A DNA stretch of 64,000 nt from positions 26,350,001 through 26,414,000 of the forward strand of contig OX597819.1 in assembly GCA_951406725.2 (NCBI GenBank), written 5' to 3'. The stretch comes from Octopus vulgaris (taxonomy: Eukaryota). Under the pieces are notes generated by a model. The model was not told the origin of the DNA. It worked only from the letters and a program-made list of their open reading frames with translations, and did no database searches. The translations under genes were made by a program, and so were the position numbers. Below, piece by piece: positions 28,807 through 42,010 of the stretch (position 1 is the stretch's first letter; each line of letters begins with the position of its first letter).

Positions 28807-30959
28807 TACAGTTCAATTGCAATATTAATCTATATAAAAGCATTTCAGACATGTGTTTAATAAATGTAATCTTAAAGCTTCAATTTAGAATGTCAAGTTA
28901 GACAAATGATACATTACTCAATACAGTTTATGAATATTTATAGCAAAATTTCAAAGCAATATTCCTATCATGAAAGAATGAAATATGGATGTATTTCTAA
29001 CATTGTGATCAAGAGCGGGTTCGAATGGCTTTTATACTAACAAGATTAATGCAAATTACATTACATCAAATTATATATAGAAAAAAAGAAAATAAAGCTA
29101 ATTGTTATGAAGTAAACAATTAACGTTTTCTTTTTGATATTTTCTAATTTCGTTAGTCTATTAAGATTCAGCTTTTGTTTGATTATTTATTAGTTTAATA
29201 CAATACGAAGTGCAAGGGAAAATTAAGTAATAGCCACGATGTTGTTTCAACATTTCAAAGTTTCTTTCTCAAACCTCTTTTATCATATTAGTGCTATGAA
29301 TAAAAGATTCGTTTTCACTTGAAGGGTATGAGTTATTAATTAGATTTGCATATTTACATGACCACTGTTTTCTGTAGAATGTGAGGTTCACTTGATGTGC
29401 TTTTATATATGGTACTTTTCAGATTAAAGAGACGTAACGAATACTCATTCGGTCATTCAGAGGGTTTTGAACTCACAACATAGACGAACGTAACAGCTCT
29501 AATGCATAATAATTTTACCGACTTTAATATCAAATATCATTGATTTTTTTTTTATCCTGGGGCCGCAACCTACTTTTAGAAGAAACTGAGGAACAAACTG
29601 AATTGGCTGAATTATGTTACTTACTACCACTTAAAATATTCAAGCTAGAGAGTACATGCCACCTGTCTAGCCCTTTTCTGCTATTCATCTTTATATATGC
29701 TACTGATTCATGCCCTTATTTAAAGTTTTCTGTTGTTCTTGTGTTTTTCTTTAGTGGTGTTCAGCGTCAATCCTGAAGCGATATTGTCTATTCGTTCATT
29801 ATCAATACATTTCAAAAATATTGGCAACGTGCGATAGGGTCTGAGAAAGCTATTAAATCAGAGCCGACCTGCGGCTAAACAACAGCATTAACCACCAAGA
29901 AGCCTTCTAGAAAGTTTGTACATCAGCTAGAGATAGCATTCCATATTACCTCAAATTAACTTTGCAGACTTGAAGAAAATGCTATTGTCTCCTATCATGT
30001 AGGTTAACACATTTAATGTTACATATTAATTATGTAGGTGTCGCATTAGTCTGTAAATATTCTGAGTAATTTGCTATTTTTGATGAAACCTTATATCAAA
30101 CGCAGAATTAGGCGAGGCATTCATTATTTTTTAATTTGGAGTGTAAATTGCGGTTTATCAATTGATTTTCATCACCCAGATTTTGCATTCATTCACGAGA
30201 GAGGAATATATATTGGATTCGAAAATAAGGAGTTTCTTTTACGTGACACAAGTTCATAGATACAACGGTTTATGCTATGTATTTATTTTCCCCCGGGAAA
30301 TGCAGCCGCCATTATTATAGATAAACTGAAGCATACGTATATGCTTGCATAAGCTTCAATGTTAGTCATTAGACCACATTGCTTTCAATGAATTTGATAC
30401 CTCATGAAATTGTTTGTTTCACTGGGGATTTGATATTAATTCGTATAACATAAATCATCAATGTTCTAATAAATTTCGTATTTTACTTATATTTATATTT
30501 TAGTCACAAACGAAAACTAAGCCCGAAACGGCCATTTCTGAATTCAAAATTCAAACAACGAAATTAAAATATTCAGGCAAAATAACGTGTAATAAATTTG
30601 TTATCCATAATAAAACACATTGGGTATCCCATAAGATTTCTTTCCTTTACGTTTTTTTTTTATTTTCGTTCATTTTTATACATAATTAAATCCACGGGGC
30701 TTTTTTCTTTCCAATTTAAAGCGATTTCCATTCGTTTATGCCACTAAAGCATTTGGGAAATAAAAGAAACAACCTTTTTTTGGTTCTGTATTCTAAACTA
30801 TAGAACCTTCTTACTTCCAGTTGCGTTACATAATCTTTTATTTGCTGCATTCTGTTGTTAATTTTAGAATACATACACACATATATATATATATACATAT
30901 ATATATATACTGCCATGCGCAATGGGTTACCATTTTATATATACACATACATACATACA

Positions 30960-30990
<31 letters not shown>

Positions 30991-31307
30991 GTATATATAT
31001 ATATATTTATATACATGCATGCACATATATATATATGTGTGTGTATACAGAGAGAGAGTAAGAGAAAAGTTTTAATCGTCACTACGTGTGACTATCACCT
31101 TAAGTGTAGGCGATTCTGCACCCTTAGTCACACTTGGTAGCGATTAAGTTTTTCCTTTATGGCATTACATAGCGCCTAGCTGTTTATATTAATATTGTTG
31201 TATTTCAGGATGGTCATTTTTTTTTTATTTTGGCCAAATAAGAACTAACCATACATTTTTATTCACTCGTTTATTACTGTACTTATTTTATTATTTAACT
31301 CACGCCC

Positions 31308-31356
31308 ACTGTCTGGAAATATTTCGTCACACATTTGTGACCTCCTCAGCGACACT
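31308..31356 (-). ncRNA. Minimal type-I hammerhead ribozyme
   Basis: Minus strand reads agTGTCG CTGAGGA g GTCACA aatg TGTGAC GAAA tat TTC CaGACA. The core is intact, with a 6-bp stem II and palindromic GAAATATTTC. Confidence 0.8.
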
Positions 31357-31493
31357 TTTCGTTCTTGTGTGTTTTTTGCTCCACTTCCTCCATTCTGTTC
31401 TTCTAAGATGCGTATTCTTATGTGCAGAGACGTTTGTGTCCTCTGTGTGTGCGTGTGTGTTTTTGTATGTGTGTGTATGCTAGTGTGTGTGTA

Positions 31494-31820
31494 GTGAGGG
31501 CGCGTGGCTTAGTGGTTAGGGCATTCGGCTCATGATCGTAAGGTTGTGAGTTCGATTCCCGGCGACGCGTTGTGTCCTTGAGCAAGACACTTTATTTCAC
31601 GTTGCTCCAGTCCACTCAGCTAGCAAAAATGAGTTGTACTTGTATTTCAAAGGGTCAGCCTTGTCACTCTCTGTGTCACGCTGATTATCCCCGAGAACTA
31701 CGTTAAGGGTACACGTGTCTGTGGAATGCTCAGCCATTTGCACGTTAATTTCACGAGCAAGCTGTTCCGTTGATCGTATCAGCTGGGACCCTCGTCGTAA
31801 GCGGCGGAGTCTTTTTTTTA
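31494..31820 (+). mobile_element. tRNA-derived SINE (family B-related)
   Basis: A box TGGCTTAGTGG and B box GAGTTCGATTCCC. 12-bp TSD AGTGTGTGTGTA (31482-31493 / 31821-31832). Confidence 0.9.
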
Positions 31821-32160
31821 AGTGTGTGTGTATCATAGCCGTTGCTGATAACAACACGATGAACAACGGCAGCCGCAGCAGCAGTGGTGACAGCAATACC
31901 ACGATGGCAACACCATGGGCGAACACACATCCACAGAGGAATACAGGAAATTTATCATATTTTCGGGTCATAGCAGCAGTACAACGAGGTGAGTGGATGT
32001 GGTTGCTGTGCAGAAGGTCACACTGCTACTAAAAACTATGACACACACGCAAGTATACACGTACACACATACACGGGCACAAACGTGTGTACGCATAAGG
32101 TTACACACCTTAAAAGACAAGAATGGTGTAATTGGAGCAAGGACACACACGAAAATAAAA

Positions 32161-32215
32161 AGTGTCGCTGAAGAGGTCACAGATGTGTGACGAAAGATTT
32201 TCGGAGAATGGACAC
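32161..32215 (+). ncRNA. Minimal type-I hammerhead ribozyme
   Basis: agtgtcg CTGAAGA g GTCACA gatg TGTGAC GAAA gatt TTC gg. Core and stem II are intact; stem I is degraded. Confidence 0.75.
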
Positions 32216-32374
32216 GAGTTAAAAATAATAAAATCAGAACACTAATAAACGAGTAAAGAAAAACATAGTTCGTGTGTTTATTTGTCAAAACTACAACGAT
32301 ATTGGTTTCAACACATGCTTTCGCATCAGGAATCTTGCAACACAATTCGATAACTGTAATGTTTATATTAATTT

Positions 32375-32406
<32 letters not shown>

Positions 32407-32879
32407 GCACTAGGACAGGCAAACTCATTGAGAGAGGAAGTGCACCAGGTTTTCGAAGTCATCGTTGCAAATATGATCGAGCATTTTAACAATCCATAGA
32501 ATTAACATACAACGAAATGACTGTTTCGTTAGTTCTAACGAAATAAATTTATATATTGTGTCTGAAGCTGAGATAGATGAAAACATCTGCTTATACAGAT
32601 GTAAGCAGTATCTTTTAAACGCTATATCACTATGACGTATATGGCTGTTTCTGAGCAACGAACACTCATTTAATTAATTGTATAGCTGTGTATCTTCTAC
32701 TTTTCATTTCATACTCTTCGACGAATTCGATGCTGTATACTTATGAATTTGTTTTCAGTATCAATAAGCGTGGATAATTGGACATCCCAATGTTGCTATC
32801 TAACCAGCAGCATTTTATGTTGAAGTAGTAGCAGCAGTAGTAGTAATAATAAAGTAAAGTTTTTTCTCAAGTCATAAAG

Positions 32880-33103
32880 ACTCATAAGGGCTGGTTATCT
32901 GGTTTCCATGGTGTATACATTCACCATCTGGAGAGGAGACCGATCCGTCGCAGGATTTCTCATTTTTGCTAGCCGTGTTGACTGGAGCAACGTGAAATGA
33001 AATGATTTGCTCAAGAACAAAACGCGTAGCCCGGTACATGGATAGAAACCACAACCTTGCGATCATGAGTCCAAAACCCTAACACCTAAGCCACGCCCCC
33101 CCA
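32880..33103 (-). mobile_element. Decayed tRNA-derived SINE (related to 31494-31820)
   Basis: GACTGGAGCAACGTGAAAT..GCTCAAG..CCCTAAC..CTAAGCCACGC. Confidence 0.7.
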
Positions 33104-34186
33104 CTCTTATGTAGGAAAGTATCATTATTGAAGCCTGGAAGTGGCGCCTACGTCTCTTCTTGCAAACTTCCAGTTAGGTTTCACGCGTTTGTTGTTCTTA
33201 ACCGTACCAACTGAAATACCGGGATAAATTCCTTATACACACACGTGCGCGCGCACAACACTCATACATACACATCCACACACAGACACATACACACCTA
33301 AAATTACAGACAGAATTGTCCATTAGTCGGAAAGGGTGGTAAAGCTCACGCTTTATCAGGAGCGCCGACAGGGAGAAATGTATATTTAAACTGAAATCCT
33401 TGGTCGAATATCTCTAACAGATTAAAGACAGTCAAGATATCAAATAATGCTAAACAGACAAATGAATTAAATATATCATACACGTAGTTCCTAACAAGAA
33501 TTGAAAAAAAAAACATAAAAGTGGCAAAATGTATTGTACGGAATCCGATAATCCATTATCCTGGGTTTCCTGTTTTCATGAGCCCTGAAAATGTAGATTT
33601 CAAATGTTGACAAGAGGCCAGCAATTGCAGGGGAGGTGGTCTAGTCAATTAATGCGACCCGATGCTCAACTCTCCTCCGTGCCAACGTCTCTGTCAGCTC
33701 GCCGCCATAGACTCAGAAAATATTAAAAGCAAAACTGATCACTGAAGGATTTAAACTCATTGCAGAGATCGAAAGTAATATCAAGAGTACCGTTTGGACA
33801 CATATTTGCTCAGTCTTCTCGTATTTCACCGCCCGATATAGTTATGCAGATGTTATTCCCTCATAGAATTTGATCCCTCGAGGCGACAATATAGTCTAAA
33901 ACATGTGTCATTCTTATAAAATATAAACTTGTCTTAATATCTCTTTAAATAATATTTGTAGTGAATTAAAACTTCCGAGAAACGACAGCGATGCCTGTTT
34001 CCGAGCTTTTTCACATCGTTAACTTTCCACTGGGAAAAATATGCTATATGAGTGCATAATGATACACGAATATACTTTCATTAACAAACATCCTTTTTTT
34101 TTCTACCTGGACTACCTGGAATACACATAGAAAACCCTGTGTGTGTGTATGTGTGCGTCTGTATATATATATATATAAATATATAC

Positions 34187-34337
34187 ATAATATTAATTAG
34201 AGACAAAACCACTATTTTGCAAATCAAACAAGGAAAGACTTAATCAATACATAAAAAAAGTTTAATATAAAGTATATAAATAAATAAATAAATAAATAAA
34301 GTAAATAATTAATATTATTGTCTCTAATTAATATTAT
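34187..34337. repeat. 20-bp perfect inverted repeat between (TA)n tracts
   Basis: ATAATATTAATTAGAGACAA (34187-34206) / TTGTCTCTAATTAATATTAT (34318-34337). Confidence 0.8.
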
Positions 34338-34445
34338 ATAATATTTTACTATAAAATTGGATTCAATCCTAAATCTGATTTTTCCCTGTAAATTTGGATT
34401 TATTCCCTAATATTTATTATTATTAAATATATACATATATATATA

Positions 34446-34480
<35 letters not shown>

Positions 34481-35356
34481 TTATACACCCGCGAATAAAT
34501 ATTCTCTTTCGTATGTATATATATATATATATATATATCAAACAGATGCTTGTCCTTATACACCAATTCGTTTTTTTCAAATATATTTCCCTTTCATTTT
34601 GCTTCTTCACTTTTTCAGGGTTATTATTCAAATCTCTATATCTTGGACGCCTCTTAATTTTATTGCATCAGCGTTTTTTGTAATAAACGGCTTCCTTCAT
34701 AAATTTCCATATTCTTCATTCCTTTTGTCTTTGTAAATGTGTATGAATTCTTTTCTCTTTAATGGTTCTAAAATAATTCTGTAAATATTCAAATAAACGA
34801 AAAATACAATACTTTCAATATTCATTTGTAGAGATATATTTTTGTGGGCAATTTTTTCTTCGTAATTATAAACTGTAAATTACATCAGTATTTATACGTA
34901 TTACATACTCTTACGTGTAAAGTAATATTCTTTATGCATTCCTTGAGAAGAGCGAGACGGGAAAATCCACGTGGATTCATGAACCGCTAGAAGCCATATC
35001 CTACCATTTTGCGAAAGAAAGGATGCATTGATCAAAGATGTGTCTCATAGAGAAACGCAAACAGGCTTATCTTGTTTGTAATGTCCCTTGATATATTTCT
35101 GTTCAATCAGGGTTAACTTAGTGTTAAACAAATACAGCAGCATTGGCGGCAACAACTGACAAGTATGCTTATTGTAAGATTCGGGATCTATCATCAGCTA
35201 ATCTTGGGTTTTCATAACTGCTCAATTAGATAATTCTTCAGTATGTTTCCATTCGGGCTAACCTTCCCTTCCGTAAGAGATAGTCCACAACGGAACAGAT
35301 GCTGTACATGCAACAGAGACCAATCCACTTACTCCACATGAATGATCCTATCTTTC

Positions 35357-35558
35357 AAGGCGGCGAGATGGCAGAAACGTTAGCATGCCGGGCGAAATGT
35401 TTAGCGGTATTTCATCTGTCTTTACTTCTGAGTTCAAATTCTGCCGAGGTCAACTTCACCTTTCATCCTTCCGAGGTCAATAAGTACCTGTTCCGTGCTG
35501 AGGTCGGCTAATCACCGCCCCTAAAATTTGGGGCCTTGTGTCTAGAGTAGAAAAGACT
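35357..35558 (+). mobile_element. SINE family C copy
   Basis: AAGGCGGCGAGATGGCAGAAACGTTAGC...GAGTTCAAATTC. Confidence 0.85.
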
Positions 35559-35784
35559 ATCCATTCCTATCTTCCATTAAATTAGTAAAATAGGTCTCTA
35601 TTAACTTGTCAAATGTATGACTTTCACAAATCTCTTTCAATATAAGTATTTAAATTTTTTTTTTTGCTTTTTCTTAAGTGGCTTGTCTCTGTTATAGTTA
35701 ACTTTTTGAAAGCATGTCCAATCAGAATTTGAAGTAATTTATTTTACTCTGTGAGTCTCCATTACATAATCATCAAGTTCCGGA

Positions 35785-36030
35785 GTCGTAACTTCACAAA
35801 CACCGCTTGTCAAGCAGTGGTAGGCGTTAAGCACATACGTACAGACACCCACATATGCAAAATCACACACGCGCTCAAGCGCGCACACACACAACTACGA
35901 CAGGTTTCTTTCAGTTACCGTCTACCGTATACCTTCACAAGACTTTGGTCGGCCCGACTCTTTGGTAGAAAACACTCGTTCAAGGTACCACACAGTGCGC
36001 CTGAACTCGGAACCATGAAGCTGGAAAATC
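35785..36030 (-). mobile_element. Decayed SINE family A copy
   Basis: CCGTCTACC..TCACAAGACTTTGGTCGGCCCG..GGAACCATG. Confidence 0.65.
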
Positions 36031-36540
36031 CGTTAGCATTGACATAGCAATTATGTCGTGCTCGTTGATTTGATTGCTTCACATTTCTCGTTAGTTCACT
36101 TAGATTTGTATTTTATTTCGTATTTTTTCTAAGTCAGAAATCTATAACTACCCTATACATATAATATTATTTGTTAGTGGTGAAAAATATAATAAAATAT
36201 ATTATAATACAAATTACATTTAGAAACATAAGAAAAATGCTAGCGACTGCGAGATATTTCAATACAATAACTTAGCTACCTTGGATTTTTTTAAAGAATT
36301 TCTTTTGATTTTATTTTGCATTTGTAACGTGTTAGTTAATCCCTTTAGTTCAGTTTTGTTTCATAGATGATGCGGGTTTCTGCTTTCCACGAGGTTACAA
36401 ATTTTGAAAATATTTTCAAGAAAAATATAATCTTCTTTAAGAAATGTCATCTTCCATTTTTACATCAGGTGAAAAATCTTCAACTTTGCAATCAAATAAC
36501 ATTGCTAAATATGTACAAAAATAACTACTACCATGACCAT

Positions 36541-36572
<32 letters not shown>

Positions 36573-39500
36573 ATACTACTACTACATGGTTTTTGTGTTA
36601 CCAATTTCATTATTTTTTCTGGCAATGTTTTAATTGATTGAAATAATTGACTAGTACTTATTTTAGTTAACCAAAGAGATACGAAATGCAGCGTCGCTGG
36701 CATTTGCTTTTGATCACTTAGTATAAGTGGACAAAATTAAATATTCTCAAGCGTTTAAACAAATACTTAATGTTTCTAGCGCAACATCCGATAATATCTA
36801 GGCACACTTCAGTGACCGCTCAGTCAACTGTGGAATCGCAAACTCGTCAGCTATTGAATATTTTCTGCACACTATGTTATTGTTGTGTTCGATGCCTTTA
36901 AATACTAGAGTGCTGTTCTAAGTCATAGGATGTGAGCATCGACATACTGTTGTAGAGACAGCTCTTAAAGCAAATCACCTGAAGTAGTCGGCTGATGTCG
37001 TCTTTAAATTGTTATTGATTTTTGCTTTTTGTTAGCAAACAAGACATTTCACTCTTAATAGCTCAGTGAATCATGTCATACAAATGTATTGCAGTCGCCG
37101 TTATACTGCGCAGCGGAATGGGCAATGACCTTCAGTGTGTGACAATCCCATCCTTTCATATCCTTCTCTTTCTTAGACAGTAGAGAGAAATATAGAAGAA
37201 GCATTTTCTAGTTTGACAGTAGATTTGTTGAGCAATCACAAAGAGATATCCACATGATATTCTGGTATATGTAATGGTGCAATCAAATTGATGAGTGTCT
37301 CGTTAATGTTAAGTAATCGATTCATTCAAACCACGGGGTTTTCTCTCCTTTGTACACAGGAATATTTCTCACCGACACCGCAATTACTCACCTGTACTAA
37401 GTATCATTTAATTCAGAAGTATTAACCTAGTTTATAAATTTTTTAAGCAATTATGATTTCTTGTTCCAATCAAGTAGGTAATGGCATTTGATAAGCTGTG
37501 TGTGTCAGCCGTTGAGCTCCCACAAAAAAATAGAATGATATTTTTATGGCGCATAGTATCGCTTCCTACAAATCATATAGCTCTGGCACAATGTTGTTTG
37601 TAAATTATTTTCCTTACGCAATAATTTATCCTCTTAAACAGATGCAATGATAGGTATAATGAAATTAGATTAGTGACTGCAGTAATTTAATAAGGGATTT
37701 TATTGCATCATTTTTAATCTAATATATTTGCAAGGTCGAGTGGTAGGGACAACAACATTTAACGGTCTCCTTCAGCGGTATGATTGATAATGTTAATGCT
37801 CTTCTTAACCCTTTGTGAGGTTACTGCTAGTCAAAGACATAAGTAGGTAAGTGTCCCAGAGGGTAGCTATAAGTGAAACAAGATTTGCAGAAGGGTTTTG
37901 TCGAATATATTTTCTTGCGCCATTGCAACTTCTGGAACGTTAGTGTTAGAACTTTATTATAAATAGATTTCTTTTTATCAAGGAGGCAGATGTTCAGCTG
38001 TTTATACCAAAATGGTAAGGTGGTCATTTATACTTATATTCATAGACCCAAGTTTTATATAATAAGATTAAATGCAGTTCATTGTGTTATGCATTATTAG
38101 ATTTTACATAATTTTATGGAATTAAATGCAAATGTATTTGAAACGTCGCAACGCGGAATTAATTTTCATAAGTTACTGGTATGTACGATGGTACCACTTA
38201 GAGTTGAATTATATTTCGTGTCGGTAATGTTAATGTAATATATTTCTAAACGAAATTGTTGTATTATTACGTTATATTAGAGTAATTGAGATAGTGGTGA
38301 GTGTAAAGAGTTGAATTAGATAAACGGCAGTAAATGCTTTTGTTCCGATTACTTGCCAATATTAAATTTTATCGAAGTGTATTAGATTTTCATCGACCTG
38401 TGTTTTCGATCAAATGATTAGCTGTAATATTTAAGGAACATTTAATGAAATGCACCACATTTCTTATAAATGTACCGCATTTCTTATAAAATGCACCGCA
38501 GATTTGCTCTAAATAGATATCTAAAAATATCTTGGTAACTGTACCAACATAGAAATTAGTAAATATTGAAAATTAGAGTATATAATATTTATATTTTTGT
38601 TTCAAATTAGGACGAATTCTCTCCGTAATTTTTGAAATCTCTACACGTATTATACTGGGGTCAATTCTGTTAATATTTCTTTTGTTCTTACAAATTTTCC
38701 CCTATACCTTTAATCGCAATATATATTATATTGACATGGTATATTCCCACTATAATTACCTCATTTTCGGATGGCATGGTGTCATCGAAGGGAAACTTAA
38801 AGGCAGCCTCAATTGGATGATTTGGTCTCATAAGGTAAAGAGACATAACCAAAACCTACAAAGTATTTATCCGATGCTGCACAGACTCTACCATTCTCCA
38901 CCTACCCAGTTTATAAGCACAGTTTTGTCAATCACGAAAAAATACAATGGTAGTAACGGGGTGGAGGGTTATTATAGCTCACAAGGTGACATAGTTGCAA
39001 CAATGATACTGACCTTCTCCAACAGACATCTGGCATACCAGTAATCAGTTATAATGTAATGAAAGCTATTCACTTTCTTTCAATACCTTTCTGATGGAAA
39101 GAAGACTATATCGGTTTATGAGAGTATATTCTGGATGCTTTTAAGTATCTTCTGTTATGACTTGTTTTATCAAGTTTCTCGCTGATTCCCTAAAGAGATT
39201 TACGTCCGGTTGTCACAGAAATATATATTTATTTCTTCTGTGGGTTAATTTCATTACTCTTGGAATCTTTTTAATCGACGTTATATTTCAGTTTTTAATA
39301 AGTTTCCTTTTTAAATTTTCCCTATTTTGAAGACTTCATCCTGTGATTACTTTCATAGTATAATTAAGAAATTATTAATTTAATATAATTATTATTATTA
39401 TTATTATTCATAAATTTTAATAATAGTATTATCGCTGCGATTCATCAAAGAGACGCGAATTTGACATAATGTAATGCGAAATTATCAGATAATATTAAAA

Positions 39501-40689
39501 GCTTTTCAGCTGTTTCCATAAATTATTTATTTTAATTAATTCAATAGATTATAAATCGAAGCGATTCATTAATTGCGAAGAAAAAATTTTTACCAGTGTA
39601 AGTTCATTACAATTGTCGTGGTCGTCATCATCATCGTGATTATTGCATCAGATTCTGAAATAGGAAAGTAAATAAAAATTCTAGAGAAATCTCGGCCTCC
39701 CAACTCATATTACGCTACTAATATATTATATTGTTACAATTTGGATTGTATTTGTTCTTTTATATAATTATCAACTTTCGTCGATACACATGTATCTGTT
39801 AATTTATATATAAATGCATGTAATATATGTATATATAACATTCATGGATATGTATGCGTGTTTGTGCTTGTGTATACAACACTATGTATGTGTTTATGAT
39901 AAATTAGCACTTTTCTGTATTTTTTAATGATCAATTATTATACTCTTATTTTTAATTAGCAATCAGTTGTAGTTCTAAATTACCAGACTAATGTTATAGA
40001 AATTGATGCTTTCTTTTTAAAAAAATTATCGTGAAAATTTACATGCCACAATTAAATTTCTATTCTCGTTCTCCAAATGCATGTAGCCCAATTAAAAGTA
40101 CATTTCTAAATTTCACAGAATCTGGTTCATAGAGATAGTAAAAAAAAAGATTGGGAGGTCGGAGAGTTAGATAATGGAGAAAAGAAAAGGAGCAAAATAT
40201 TTAAAGAAGGAAGATTGACGCTTTTTTACTCTTTCAGTTTTTCAATTTAAATTCCAATGGAACCAAATTTAAAATAGTATTGCACTAATATTGAAGATGA
40301 CTGATGCCAGTATAGAGGGATACTCGAAGTCTTTCCTAACACAGTAACAATCTGTGAATAAGGGACGATATAATGAATGGGATTTCTCATTCTCGGTCGA
40401 TAGGCTAAAAAGAAAGCAGTCGTAGTTCTTGCAAAGTTCACTCTAAAACCTTATATGTAAATGACATTCATATTTGATACTGTAGTATAAAATAGACACC
40501 ATTAAGAGTGTAGTCGCATAAAGAGACACCAGCTCTTCTTTTATTTAAGACTGATACTTATTCTGTCGGTCTCTTTTGTCGCCCCGAAATTCTTAAATGG
40601 GCGTAAACAAATTAATACTTGGGTTGTCAACCAAAGTGAGAGGAAAACACTCAGACGCAAAGACACATCATAAATAAGGCTAGGCTTTT

Positions 40690-40928
40690 CAAGCGTAGCC
40701 AAGCTCATGGGCTTGGTTTCCCGGTTTCTGTAGCGTATGTGTTCCTCCCAGCTAGACGGGACGCCAGTCCATCGCAGCGTTACTCAATAAACAGGAAGAG
40801 AGAGTGAGAGAAAGTTGTGGCAAAAAAGTAAAACAGGGGTCGCCAACAGCCCCTGCCCGAGTCTCGTGGAGCTTTTAGGTGTTTTCGCTCAATAAACACA
40901 CACAATCCCCGGTCTGAGAATCGAAACC
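40690..40928 (-). mobile_element. SINE family B fragment
   Basis: TTTAGGTGTTTTCGCTCAATAAACAC..CCCGGTCTGAGAATCGAAACC. Confidence 0.8.
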
Positions 40929-40929
40929 A

Positions 40930-42010
40930 ATTTGGCATTTAATTTCCTTCAAATTAATCACCTTCGGAAGCCGCGAACTAAATACAACACTGTTTTCGCT
41001 GAAGGAAGCATTCATGGAACTCGTTTTCTGGGATAATCAGCAGCTACCTGGTCGCATTTAATTTGATTTCCTCACACGCCCTAAAATCTTCCTTTCAAGC
41101 AGGATTTGCTTTTTGGAAAAACAAAAACGTCGTAAGGGATTAGATCTGGGGAATAAGGTAGCTGTCGGATCTGGGGATTGCTGTGCCCAGCCAAAAACTG
41201 CTACGCAAGCTGCGCTGAGTAGGCAGATCCGTTGTCATGGTGCGATTGCTGCTCAGCGGACGGAGGAAACTGTGGACTTTTCTGAAAAATAGCATCCCAC
41301 AAACGCCGCAAAACGTCACAGTAGTACTCTTCGTTTTCTGTCTAAACGGGTGGAGCATACTCATGATGAAAAATCCTCGTGTGGTCGAAGAAAACGGTGA
41401 ACAGTGCCTTCAAATTGCTTTAGTGTCGCAGAGGTCTTCCACTGCGAAGACTGAGTCTTTGTTTCGGGATCATAGCCCCAGAACCACGATTCATTACCTG
41501 TTATCACCGTTTTAAAAAATGTTTTCGTCGTTCTCGACACAATCAAGGAGATCTTTTGCAACTGTAACCCGAGTGTCCTTTTTGCACAAACTTGACAGAC
41601 GCGCGTCTCATACCCAAATCCTCAGTGATATTAGACCGAACTGCAGCGTAAATAATCTGCACATCTTCTGATAACTCACGGATGATGCATGCACCTCTGA
41701 GATGTTTATCTCATTTGTGATGGTTGCGGGTGTCTCAGAACGTTCATCAATATCGATATTATATTTTGGCCGCCTTGGAAACGTCTGAACTATTAGTACA
41801 CTTTTGTGCGGCTCATACACTCCTCTGCATATACTTTCTGCAACTTTGCATAGGCCGCTCTCAGCAGGTATTTCCAAGCCTTTGACAAAATTTGATGCAG
41901 ATTCTCTGCTCAACTTTCCCTGACCTGGTCAATGCGACGATCAATGCTACACACGTTACTTCCAAGCACTGCTGTAAACAGCCAGGTAAGCTAGAACGTT
42001 AAAACTTTAT
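40930..42010 (-). mobile_element. Decayed mariner transposase
   Basis: TVITGNESWFWGYDPETKTQSSQWK (TGDESW-like), HDNGSA (HDNA-like) and PYSPDLIPYD motifs in shifting frames. Confidence 0.9.

Larger units (their letters stand above)
31190..32302. mobile_element. Non-coding fold-back element with about 270-bp inverted arms, each carrying a minimal hammerhead (PLE pLTR-like)
   Basis: 31230-31490 is the reverse complement (about 75%) of 32035-32290. The left arm is interrupted by the SINE at 31494-31820. Confidence 0.8.

Noticed and set aside
31497-31570. tRNA gene
   Set aside because: It has A and B boxes but continues into a SINE body with a TSD, so it is a SINE head.
38447-38500. About 20-bp repeat x2.5 (AAATGCACCRCATTTCTTAT) as a CRISPR-like array
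   Set aside because: It is a contiguous tandem repeat without spacers, in a eukaryotic context with no cas genes.
38682-39044. 120-aa plus-strand ORF
   Set aside because: Non-ATG start, no motif and no splice support. It may be an old TE remnant but I cannot classify it.
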